From an uncultured Bacteroides sp. (GTDB lineage: Bacteria; Bacteroidota; Bacteroidia; Bacteroidales; SM23-62): a stretch of DNA of 49,404 nucleotides. Below are positions 17,239 to 26,722 of the stretch, piece by piece; the first letter of the stretch is position 1, and every line of letters begins with the position of its first letter. The stretch spans positions 1 to 49,404 of the forward strand of contig CAYZEZ010000001.1 in NCBI GenBank assembly GCA_964477295.1, read 5' to 3'. The notes beneath the pieces were generated by a model. It did no database searches, was not told the origin of the DNA, and was given only the letters and a program-made list of their open reading frames with translations. The position numbers were made by a program, and so were the translations under genes.

Positions 17239-20118
17239 ATGACAGGAAGGAGAACAATTGTTTTATGGTTCATGTGGATGATCTCTATATCCTTTGGGTA
17301 TGCACAATATTATACCCAGGGAGAAGATCCCGCCAGCATCAGGTGGAAACAGATAAATACCGGTCATTTTAAGGTGATATTTCCTGCAGAATTCAGCAAG
17401 GAAGCTCAGAGAACTACCTGCCTGCTTGAGTTTTACTATGATCAGGCTCAGGATTATTTAAATCATAAGCCAGGAAAAATGCCGGTTATACTGCATAACC
17501 GGTCGGTTCAATCAAATGGTTTTGTTGCATTGGCTCCAAAGAGGATGGAGCTGGTCACTACCCCCCCGGCCGATAACTATGCGCAGGATTATATCGAACA
17601 ACTCGTCTTGCATGAATTCAGGCATGTGGTGCAGGTAGATAAATTGAAACAGGGAATAACCCGGGGACTAACATGGTTTTTTGGCGAACAGGCACAGGGC
17701 ATGGTTGCGGGTCTTTGTCCTTTCTGGTACCTTGAAGGGGACGCTGTGGATGCAGAAACAAAACTATCCCGGTCGGGAAGGGGAAGGCAACCTTCCTTTG
17801 AAAAAGAAATCAAGGCGCTTCTTCTGGATAAGAAAGTGGTCTACCCGTATGAAAAGGCTTTCTACGGGTCATATAAGGATTTTGTGCCAACACATTATCA
17901 CTATGGCTATCAGATGGTTGCATTCGGAAGAAAGCAATATGGGGAAGAGCTGGGGTCCAGCTTACTGGATTATACTGCACGGAACCCATATACAATTTAT
18001 CCATTCTATTTCGGATTGAAGAAATATGCTTCCTCTTCGCGAAAAAAATTGTATCATGAAACCCTTGATACCTTGAAATCATATTGGAGCAAACAAGCGG
18101 AGAGCAGGTCATATACATCATTCAGTCCCATCAATAACACGAATAAAAAACATTATACAAGCTATAAATTTCCCAGGTACCTGGGCGATTCGCTGATTTT
18201 TGCGGAAAAATCAGGTGTCGATCAGATCAACAGCTTCATCGTGATGGATCACAAGGGTCAGGAAAGACGTATCCATACACCTGGATTCTATAATGCTGAC
18301 AATATCACACACGCCGGTAATCTCATTGCCTGGACCGAGATCATTGGTGACGCCCGATGGGCAAGGCAAAGTTATTCTGTGATTAAAACATATGACCTGG
18401 AGAAGAAGGCGGAAAAAATGCTTACCCCGGATTCCAGGTATCAGTCCCCTGACCTGTCGCCGGGCGGAGAATGGATAGTTGCCATTGAGATCAGTACTAA
18501 AAATGAATATTCGCTGGTCATTTTAAATTCCTCTACAGGTGAGGTATCAAGGAAAATCCCTTCTCCGGGAAATGAATTTTTTCAATTCCCGGCATGGTCA
18601 AAGGATGGAAGTACCATATATGTGTCGAGCATGGGACAGGACGGAAAGAAGATAAAGGCCTGGAACCTGGCTTCAGGAGCCTGGAGTAAGTTATTTGATG
18701 CCGGATACGATGACATAATGAACCTGACCTCCTCAGAGGATTACCTGCTTTTCCAGGGCAGCTTCAGCGGGATTGATAACATTTATGCCATTCATTTTAA
18801 AACAAAACAATGCTACCAGGTCACCTCCTCCAGGTTTGGTGCATATTTCCCTGATGTGTCACCCGATGGATCCACCATAGTGTATTCGGAATATACCGCT
18901 TCAGGATTCAATGTGGTTGAAGCACCGTTTCTTCCCGGCACCTGGACTGCTCTTTCGCGGGTATATGATCATTCAGAACAATATAACAGGCCAGGAAAGG
19001 AAGTTGAGGCCAGGATTAAAATGCCTGACTATGAGCACATGCAGTCTTATCCCGAAAAATCCTATTCCAAATTATTTAACCTGTTCAATGTGCACAGCTG
19101 GATGCCATTTTATGTTGATCTGAGCCATCCCAGCATTGAAAACCTACCGGTATCACCTGGCGTCACACTTGCATCACAAAATCTGCTGAGTACAGCATTT
19201 ACCACAGTGGGTTATGAATATAATCTCGAAGATAAGGAGCATTATTTTCACACCAGTTTCATATACAGGGGCTGGTACCCGGTTTTTGAAATTTCTTACG
19301 ATTTTGGGGGTTTGCCGATTATAACGGATCCCCCGACCGATAATGACAGGCTCGATAAGGTTAAAACCAATGTGAGTCTGAATACCGAAATTTCGCTCCC
19401 GCTGGATTTTACATTCAATAAATATGTTAAAGGGATTCGCCCCTCTGTTGAGAGCCGGTTTACCCGTTCTTATCTCTGGTATGAAGATCCGGGTGAATAC
19501 CGGAGCGGCCTGACTTTCATGGATTACAGATTATATGGATACAACTATCTTAAAAGATCGGGGAAAGATATTTTACCCAGGTGGGGACAGACAATCAATC
19601 TGAGATTTGTTAATTCCCCCTTCCAGAAAAAGCTGATCGGAAACCAAAAAATGGCACAGGGAACATTATATCTGCCGGGGATTCTCAAACATCAAAGCTT
19701 AAAGATAAAGGGAGGATGGATGAAACAGGAGCCTGAAACATATTTGTTAAGTAACCTGCTTAGTATGCCACGCGGGTACCTCCCGATCAGGTCGAAGGAA
19801 TTTGTTGCGGTTTCGGTCGACTATGTTTTTCCTGTTCTTTATCCTGATCTTAAAATCGGGCCTGTCTTTTATTTTAAACGGATACGCGCAGACCTTTTCT
19901 ATGATTATGGAAAAGGTACGGATATATTATTTTCTTCCGATGGTACAACAGAATGGATCGATGATGATTTTGTTTCGATGGGGATGGAGCTAACAACCGA
20001 TTTCCATTTTGCCCAGATCATGTTTCCAATAAATTCAGGTATAAGGTTGATCTTTCTTCCTGAGGAAAACAAAGCAAAAACGGAATTTATTTTTTCTATC
20101 AATCTTAACCGGTTTTAA
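17239..20118 (+). CDS. Secreted 959-aa protein: HExxH metallopeptidase-like N-region, PD40/TolB-like beta-propeller repeats and a probable C-terminal beta-barrel
   Basis: The signal peptide ends in SFGYAQ. LVLHEFRHVVQ is an HExxH motif. There are repeated Y..PD.SPDG-type motifs (YQSPDLSPGGEWIV, FPAWSKDGSTIY, YFPDVSPDGSTIVY). The C-terminal third has alternating hydrophobic strands and ends in a terminal Phe (SINLNRF). Confidence 0.5.
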   Translation: MTGRRTIVLWFMWMISISFGYAQYYTQGEDPASIRWKQINTGHFKVIFPAEFSKEAQRTTCLLEFYYDQAQDYLNHKPGKMPVILHNRSVQSNGFVALAPKRMELVTTPPADNYAQDYIEQLVLHEFRHVVQVDKLKQGITRGLTWFFGEQAQGMVAGLCPFWYLEGDAVDAETKLSRSGRGRQPSFEKEIKALLLDKKVVYPYEKAFYGSYKDFVPTHYHYGYQMVAFGRKQYGEELGSSLLDYTARNPYTIYPFYFGLKKYASSSRKKLYHETLDTLKSYWSKQAESRSYTSFSPINNTNKKHYTSYKFPRYLGDSLIFAEKSGVDQINSFIVMDHKGQERRIHTPGFYNADNITHAGNLIAWTEIIGDARWARQSYSVIKTYDLEKKAEKMLTPDSRYQSPDLSPGGEWIVAIEISTKNEYSLVILNSSTGEVSRKIPSPGNEFFQFPAWSKDGSTIYVSSMGQDGKKIKAWNLASGAWSKLFDAGYDDIMNLTSSEDYLLFQGSFSGIDNIYAIHFKTKQCYQVTSSRFGAYFPDVSPDGSTIVYSEYTASGFNVVEAPFLPGTWTALSRVYDHSEQYNRPGKEVEARIKMPDYEHMQSYPEKSYSKLFNLFNVHSWMPFYVDLSHPSIENLPVSPGVTLASQNLLSTAFTTVGYEYNLEDKEHYFHTSFIYRGWYPVFEISYDFGGLPIITDPPTDNDRLDKVKTNVSLNTEISLPLDFTFNKYVKGIRPSVESRFTRSYLWYEDPGEYRSGLTFMDYRLYGYNYLKRSGKDILPRWGQTINLRFVNSPFQKKLIGNQKMAQGTLYLPGILKHQSLKIKGGWMKQEPETYLLSNLLSMPRGYLPIRSKEFVAVSVDYVFPVLYPDLKIGPVFYFKRIRADLFYDYGKGTDILFSSDGTTEWIDDDFVSMGMELTTDFHFAQIMFPINSGIRLIFLPEENKAKTEFIFSINLNRF

Positions 20119-20708
20119 GATTCATCTGCACCAAATTCCTGCTTAATCTTAATGTAACCGGGGTAAACAATATCTTTCTCTCCGATGCGGATATAAGGTT
20201 TTATTTTCAGGCCGACCCTGGTTGGTTTCTTGCTTGCATCGGCCAGGTTAAGTGCAAAATTGATCAGTGCATTACGGGGTTCCTTTTGCAGGATCTCAAT
20301 GATATCTGTCTGAATTTTAATAGGAACAGAAGCAATTCCCAGGGCCGGGATTTCTATCCTTTTATTTACTTCACCCTCTGCTATCCGGGCATCATCGATT
20401 AAGGCGACGTACTCCAGTTTATTCACAGAGGCAATATCGGCATTGGGATTTTGAACCTCAACATAAATTGTGAATTCAAGGGGAAGTTTCCCCAGGAAAA
20501 TACTTTGGGCAACCAGCCCCATATCTTTCAGGCTGAAATCCTCAACATTGTCCAGTTCTTGTATATTCACACCGGCCAGAACGGGATCTTCCAGGGTGCC
20601 ATATCGAAATTCACATTGTTTGAGAGCCGATAGTTCCTTCAGATAGGCACAGGAAGCAGGTAATAATAACATTCCGGCTAAGAGGAGCAAAAACCAGAAA
20701 CGGTTCAT
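20115..20708 (-). CDS. LEA_2 / WHy-like lipoprotein
   Basis: MNRFWFLLLLAGMLLLPASCAY has a lipobox-like LPASC. The Ig-like body EFTIYVEVQNPN...LEYVALIDDARIAEGE is typical of LEA14-like domains. The track ORF starts upstream at 20741. The stop overlaps the convergent upstream gene by 4 nt. Confidence 0.5.
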   Translation of the reverse strand: MNRFWFLLLLAGMLLLPASCAYLKELSALKQCEFRYGTLEDPVLAGVNIQELDNVEDFSLKDMGLVAQSIFLGKLPLEFTIYVEVQNPNADIASVNKLEYVALIDDARIAEGEVNKRIEIPALGIASVPIKIQTDIIEILQKEPRNALINFALNLADASKKPTRVGLKIKPYIRIGEKDIVYPGYIKIKQEFGADES

Positions 20709-20825
20709 TTTTTGTGGGTTGATTATGTGGGGGAGGCACATTACTATTAATTACTCAATTATTGCTTAAATTTAATCAAGATTTGCTATACTTGACGCCC
20801 TGAAATCAACAATAAAAATTATTCC

Positions 20826-21572
20826 TTGGCAGGTAAGTTTAAACATAAAATCAATGAAAACCTGAGCGGTATCCTTGGTACCCTGGCATTTCACATGCTG
20901 CTGGTCATCATTTTCTTAATTGTAAAAATATCATCAACCCGTTCGCTGATGGATAATATCATCCTGATTGATTTTGAAAAGGATGAGAAAACAGAACAGG
21001 AAATTAAGGAAAAAAAGACCGAACCGGACCCCGAATTCGATCAATATGTTACTGATTATCTCGATGCTGCCAGAAGGAACATACCTGTTGCTGTAGCCGA
21101 CAGGTTAAGTGAAGAATTGAGCACAGAGAAATATGTTGAAGAAGTAAGGGATGAGATGAATGAAGATCGCAGCGAAGATTATAAAAGGTCGAACGAGAAA
21201 TTACAGGAACTCCTGGAGATGGAACAAGGAGAAGATATGATTGTGAAAGGGGAGCAGGATGAAGAAGAATCGGAACCTGAAATTTATAATGGGCCTACCA
21301 ATATATATTTTTCCCTGGAGAACAGGTATGAAATAAGATTGCCGGTACCGGTTTACAAGTGCGAAGGAGAAGGAATAGTGGAGGTTCAGGTTGCAGTTGA
21401 TCAAAGAGGCAGGGTTGTTCAGGTCAGAGTAGATAATCCGGGGGAATCAATAAATGATATATGCCTTTCAGAAGCTGCCAAAAAGGCTGCCTTGAATACC
21501 AGGTTTAATTCAGATTTTGAAGCACCGGTAAGACAACAGGGGACAATAACATATCATTTCCAGCCACAGTAG
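20826..21572 (+). CDS. TonB-family protein (N-terminal anchor, acidic linker, TonB C-terminal domain)
   Basis: It has a single TM segment (GILGTLAFHMLLVIIFLIV), a Glu/Asp-rich linker and the C-terminal GIVEVQVAVDQRGRVVQVRV...AALNTRFN...QGTITYHF. The start is TTG in the track. Confidence 0.55.
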   Translation: MAGKFKHKINENLSGILGTLAFHMLLVIIFLIVKISSTRSLMDNIILIDFEKDEKTEQEIKEKKTEPDPEFDQYVTDYLDAARRNIPVAVADRLSEELSTEKYVEEVRDEMNEDRSEDYKRSNEKLQELLEMEQGEDMIVKGEQDEEESEPEIYNGPTNIYFSLENRYEIRLPVPVYKCEGEGIVEVQVAVDQRGRVVQVRVDNPGESINDICLSEAAKKAALNTRFNSDFEAPVRQQGTITYHFQPQ

Positions 21573-21639
21573 CTGAACCGGTATGGCGAATCTTGTCAAT
21601 CTGAACTTGATTCAGAATCTCTATTTAAACGATAATGAG

Positions 21640-21668
21640 ATCCCGGTCCCGGGTTTCCGGGACGGGAT
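21640..21668. terminator. GC-rich stem-loop between convergent genes (12 bp stem, one bulge, GTTT loop)
   Basis: atcccg(g)tcccgg-gttt-ccgggacgggat, read directly. There is no strong U-tract on either side, so function as an intrinsic terminator is not certain. Confidence 0.5.
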
Positions 21669-21697
21669 GACATAAAAATACTTTTTAAGATACACCA

Positions 21698-22687
21698 CTA
21701 ATCTCCCGACCATTGATCAGCCAGTCTGGCTATCCCTTCAATATCCTGTTCATTCATACACCTGAAATGTTTTTTCGGGCATTTTTCATATCCAATGCGG
21801 GAACAGGGACGGCAGGATAATCCATGAACTTCAAAGATACTGGAATCCGGATCCGGAAGATAAGGGTACATTCCAAATTCAGGAACGGTATTTCCCCAGA
21901 CCGATATGATTTTCTTTTTAAAAGCTGCTGCAATATGCATGAGTCCTGTGTCAGGTGTAATAATCATGAAAGCCTGCCTGACCAGTGATGCCGACTGGTT
22001 AATGTTAAATTGTCCGCAGGCATTATGGATGTTGGCCTCAGGGCAGGCCTTTGTAATTTCATTACCCAGCGACCTGTCCTCATTGGAACCAAGTAATATA
22101 ACCGGCATGTGAAGAGACCGGATGAGTTGAATCAGCTTATCCGGTGGCATTTGTTTGGTGTAATGCATTCCTCCGATGACCAGTCCGATATACTCTTTTT
22201 GGAATATTTCGGGAAGGGCCGTCATGTCCACCTCATCCTGCTCCGGAATGAAATAATCCAATCCCTTGCCGTCGTTAATGATATCAAAAGCTTTTAATGT
22301 TTCCAGGTACCTGTCAACAATATGTTTATCCGGCAACCGGTTGATTTTCAGATTGACGATAAGCCATTTGAGAAAATTAATTTTTTTTACCTGGAACGAG
22401 AACAACCGGAGTCTTGAGCGGAGGATCGACGAACGGATGTTTCTATGAAGATCAATGATATAATCAAAATGTTCGGATTTAAGTTCCTGAATGGTGTCAT
22501 TCAGGTCATTTTTGAAGATGTGCAGTTTGTCAATATAAGGATTCTGTGATACAACGGGTGCAAACTGTTTTTTTACAAGGAAATGGATCTGTGCTTCATC
22601 CACCTGGGTTTTCAGGCATCTGATCACCGGGGTTGTCAGGACAATGTCGCCGATTGAACTGAATCGTATTATAAGGAATTTGACCAA
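21698..22687 (-). CDS. Glycosyltransferase family 9 (heptosyltransferase-like)
   Basis: MVKFLIIRFSSIGDIVLTTPVIRCLK is the typical GT9 N-terminus. PDTGLMHIAAAF is in the C-domain. Confidence 0.8.
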   Translation of the reverse strand: MVKFLIIRFSSIGDIVLTTPVIRCLKTQVDEAQIHFLVKKQFAPVVSQNPYIDKLHIFKNDLNDTIQELKSEHFDYIIDLHRNIRSSILRSRLRLFSFQVKKINFLKWLIVNLKINRLPDKHIVDRYLETLKAFDIINDGKGLDYFIPEQDEVDMTALPEIFQKEYIGLVIGGMHYTKQMPPDKLIQLIRSLHMPVILLGSNEDRSLGNEITKACPEANIHNACGQFNINQSASLVRQAFMIITPDTGLMHIAAAFKKKIISVWGNTVPEFGMYPYLPDPDSSIFEVHGLSCRPCSRIGYEKCPKKHFRCMNEQDIEGIARLADQWSGD

Positions 22688-22703
22688 TACGCAGGGCTGG
22701 TTA

Positions 22704-23429
22704 TTATTTTATGGAATTAAAGAAAAACAGCAAAGCCAGCCAGTACTCGTCTTTTGATGCATTATCATCCCAGAGTGCTTTTGAGCCATGTTCTCCCATA
22801 GAGGCTTTTGGTTCAAAAAAAGTTATGCTTTCTTCAGGAAGATTTTTAAGCATTTCTTTGATATAGGGGATCTCGAATTGAGTACCGGCAACAAATAATG
22901 GCTTGGGAAAAGTATCCATTTCGGTTTCCATGCGAAGATCATCGCCAAAATATTCACCCGGGCTAAACGCGATTACAGCGCTTACTTTAGGATGATCCTT
23001 CCCTATCAGCAAGCTCAGGGATGCAGAGTAGGAGGAACCAAGCAAGATAACTTCCTTATGATTGATGCTGTAGGCATAATCTATGGCCGCCATGATGTCT
23101 GGTTTTGTATCCAGGTAGGATGGATTCATCTTCAACTCCCTGGCTCGTTTGGCCGTTTCATTTGATACATAATTTGAGTTATTGCCTGAACGGAGGTCTA
23201 CTGCCAGGCAGTTGTATCTTAATTTAGCCAGCTTTAAAGCTATCTCGTTGTATTCTCCCCTGCTTGATTCTGCCTGGTGAAGAAGCAATATATATGGATA
23301 TTCTTCATTCTCTACATAAAGATCCGCTGTTATCTCAAGTCCGTCCGAAGCTTCAAAGGTTACTTTCTTTTTTGAAACCGGCGGTGATGCCAGGATGGAG
23401 AACAGTGCTATGAATAATAGTGTTTTCAT
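22704..23429 (-). CDS. Secreted alpha/beta hydrolase (dienelactone hydrolase-like)
   Basis: It has a signal peptide (MKTLLFIALFSILA), an LLLHQAESSRGEY oxyanion region, the nucleophile-elbow-like LLGSSYSAS and a late HG. Confidence 0.55.
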   Translation of the reverse strand: MKTLLFIALFSILASPPVSKKKVTFEASDGLEITADLYVENEEYPYILLLHQAESSRGEYNEIALKLAKLRYNCLAVDLRSGNNSNYVSNETAKRARELKMNPSYLDTKPDIMAAIDYAYSINHKEVILLGSSYSASLSLLIGKDHPKVSAVIAFSPGEYFGDDLRMETEMDTFPKPLFVAGTQFEIPYIKEMLKNLPEESITFFEPKASMGEHGSKALWDDNASKDEYWLALLFFFNSIK

Positions 23430-23437
23430 TGTTTATA

Positions 23438-23532
23438 GTTGCGGGTTACGAGGTTCGAGGTATCTTTCATATTAGTTTATTGATGACTTCAGGATAATTT
23501 ACCCCGTAACCAGTACCTTGTACCTTGCAACT
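23438..23532. repeat. Degenerate inverted pair of heptamer-periodic arms downstream of atpC
   Basis: The left arm is agttgc gggttac gaggttc gaggta (23438-23462). The right arm is taccccgtaaccagtaccttgtaccttgcaact (23500-23532). agttgc/gcaact and ggttacg/cgtaacc are complementary. Confidence 0.6.
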
Positions 23533-23535
23533 TCT

Positions 23536-23781
23536 TTAATTAATTGACTCAGCCAGGATAGTGATTTTGTTTTGGTTTACCTCTATAACTCCGCCGCTGA
23601 TATTATAAAATTCAGTTTTGTCGTCTTTATCGATGACCTTCACTTCTCCTTTGTCGAGGGTGGAGATGATCGGTGCATGGTTGTTGAGGATTTCAAATGA
23701 TCCCTCACTCCCTGGCACTTTTACCAGTTTAACCTGACCCTCATAAACTTTCTTATCCGGTGTAATTATTTCTAAATCCAT
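23536..23781 (-). CDS. atpC: F1 ATP synthase epsilon subunit (short form)
   Basis: LEIITPDKKVYEGQVKLVKVPGSEGSFEILNNHAPIISTL is the epsilon beta-sandwich. The gene lies directly downstream of atpD. Confidence 0.85.
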   Translation of the reverse strand: MDLEIITPDKKVYEGQVKLVKVPGSEGSFEILNNHAPIISTLDKGEVKVIDKDDKTEFYNISGGVIEVNQNKITILAESIN

Positions 23782-23788
23782 AATTGAA

Positions 23789-23865
23789 GTTGCAAGTTAC
23801 AGGTTGCAAGTTACAGGTTACAGGTTACAAGTTACAAGTTACAGGTTACAAGTTACAGGTTACAA
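23789..23865. repeat. 11 tandem heptamers GTTRCAR in the atpD-atpC intercistronic spacer
   Basis: Counted directly: GTTGCAA x2, GTTACAG x5 and GTTACAA x4, contiguous with no spacers. Confidence 0.95.
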
Positions 23866-23866
23866 G

Positions 23867-23906
23867 AAACGGGCCAAATATCCAACCTGCAACCTGGAAC
23901 CCGTTT
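23867..23906 (-). other. Stem-loop immediately after the atpD stop: aaacggg/cccgttt (7 bp) enclosing ccaacctgcaacctgg, an inverted copy of the heptamer units
   Basis: Read directly. The enclosed segment is the reverse complement of caggttgcaggtt-type units of the adjacent array. Confidence 0.6.
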
Positions 23907-23908
23907 TA

Positions 23909-25513
<1,605 letters not shown>

Positions 25514-25527
25514 TTAAATTCAGAAAC

Positions 25528-26085
25528 ATGAACAGGAAAGTATTACTAGCAGTCTTACTGTTCGGGATGGCTGCGGCAGTTGAAGCATATGGCCAGATCA
25601 CCTATATCGGGGCAGCCGGTCATTATGGTACAGCCATTAAGGAATTTGGCGCCGGGGCCAATGCTATATACACGATTAATGAAAAAATTGATATTGCACC
25701 GGGCCTGGTATACTTCTTCCCGCATCAGGAGGATTATTATGACGGATTTATCAAAAATACATGGTGGTCGGTAAATTTTGACGGACACTATATTCCTGTA
25801 GATAATACCTTTTTCCAGGCATATGGTTTGATGGGCCTTAGTTTTACATCAGTCGAGGTAAAAACGGATTATAATTTCCAGGGTAAGCAGTTTAAGGATC
25901 GTAATTCTACTTTAGAGCTGGGCTTGAATATTGGTGGCGGCATTCAGTTTAAGCTGACTGAAAAAATAGCACCTTTTGCAGAGGCGAAATATACCCTTGG
26001 TGAGGCCAATCAGCTGGTTTTTTCTCTCGGGATAATTTTCCGCATCAAAGAAGATAAAGAGAGGGAGAACCCGGAGGATTTCTAG
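25528..26085 (+). CDS. Small outer-membrane beta-barrel protein (OmpW/porin-like)
   Basis: The signal peptide is MNRKVLLAVLLFGMAAAVEAYGQ. The body has alternating amphipathic strands, and the barrel-closing strand LVFSLGIIFRI is followed by a charged tail. Confidence 0.55.
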   Translation: MNRKVLLAVLLFGMAAAVEAYGQITYIGAAGHYGTAIKEFGAGANAIYTINEKIDIAPGLVYFFPHQEDYYDGFIKNTWWSVNFDGHYIPVDNTFFQAYGLMGLSFTSVEVKTDYNFQGKQFKDRNSTLELGLNIGGGIQFKLTEKIAPFAEAKYTLGEANQLVFSLGIIFRIKEDKERENPEDF

Positions 26086-26123
26086 ACTGAATCCTGGCAA
26101 AATCGATAACCAAGTAATTAATA

Positions 26124-26690
26124 ATGAAAAAGTTCTTAATATTTTCCTGTCCCCTGACTATTTTTTTTACCATAATCTCATTGTCAGGACTTGATGCCCA
26201 GTTTAACCGCTTTGGGGGAGGACTTGCTTTTAATTCTCCCATGAACAGCCCGGATCTTGACATCGGGAACCCGGGATTCAGTGCCAGGGGAGTATATGAG
26301 ATCAATGAGGACTTTTTTGCTATCCCGGAAATTACATTTCAGATACCTAAAAAGAAAACCTATACAGATGGCCAGAAGAAAACAACAATGGTAAATGTTG
26401 ATGTGGATGTAACGTATACCCTGGCCACTGAGGGTACCTTATTGTTCTATGCCCTGCTGGGCCCGAGTTTGAGCAATATTTATACAAAGTGGGATACGGA
26501 TATTCCCGGTTTTAAGACCGGTATGGAATTCGCACCAGGACTGGCTCTTGGTACCGGAATTGAAATGATCGTCGAAAAGGATATTAATGCCTACGCCCAG
26601 GTGAAATATATCGTCAGTAGTTACCAGCAGCTGGTTATTTCAATTGGTGTTCACTACTATTTTGAGGGCCGGAGATTCAGGAAGTGGTAG
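26124..26690 (+). CDS. Small outer-membrane beta-barrel protein, tandem paralogue of the preceding gene
   Basis: It has a signal peptide and the same strand pattern (GLALGTGIEM, YAQVKYIVSSYQQLVISIGVHYYF). Confidence 0.55.
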   Translation: MKKFLIFSCPLTIFFTIISLSGLDAQFNRFGGGLAFNSPMNSPDLDIGNPGFSARGVYEINEDFFAIPEITFQIPKKKTYTDGQKKTTMVNVDVDVTYTLATEGTLLFYALLGPSLSNIYTKWDTDIPGFKTGMEFAPGLALGTGIEMIVEKDINAYAQVKYIVSSYQQLVISIGVHYYFEGRRFRKW

Positions 26691-26722
26691 TTAATTTTTG
26701 TATCGGGATGGGTTAATCCTTT

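Noticed and set aside
23789-23865. Possible CRISPR array or phase-variation tract
   Set aside because: The units are 7 nt long and contiguous, with no spacers, and no cas genes are in the window, so this is not CRISPR. The tract is intergenic between the atpD stop and the atpC start, so copy-number slippage would not shift any reading frame.
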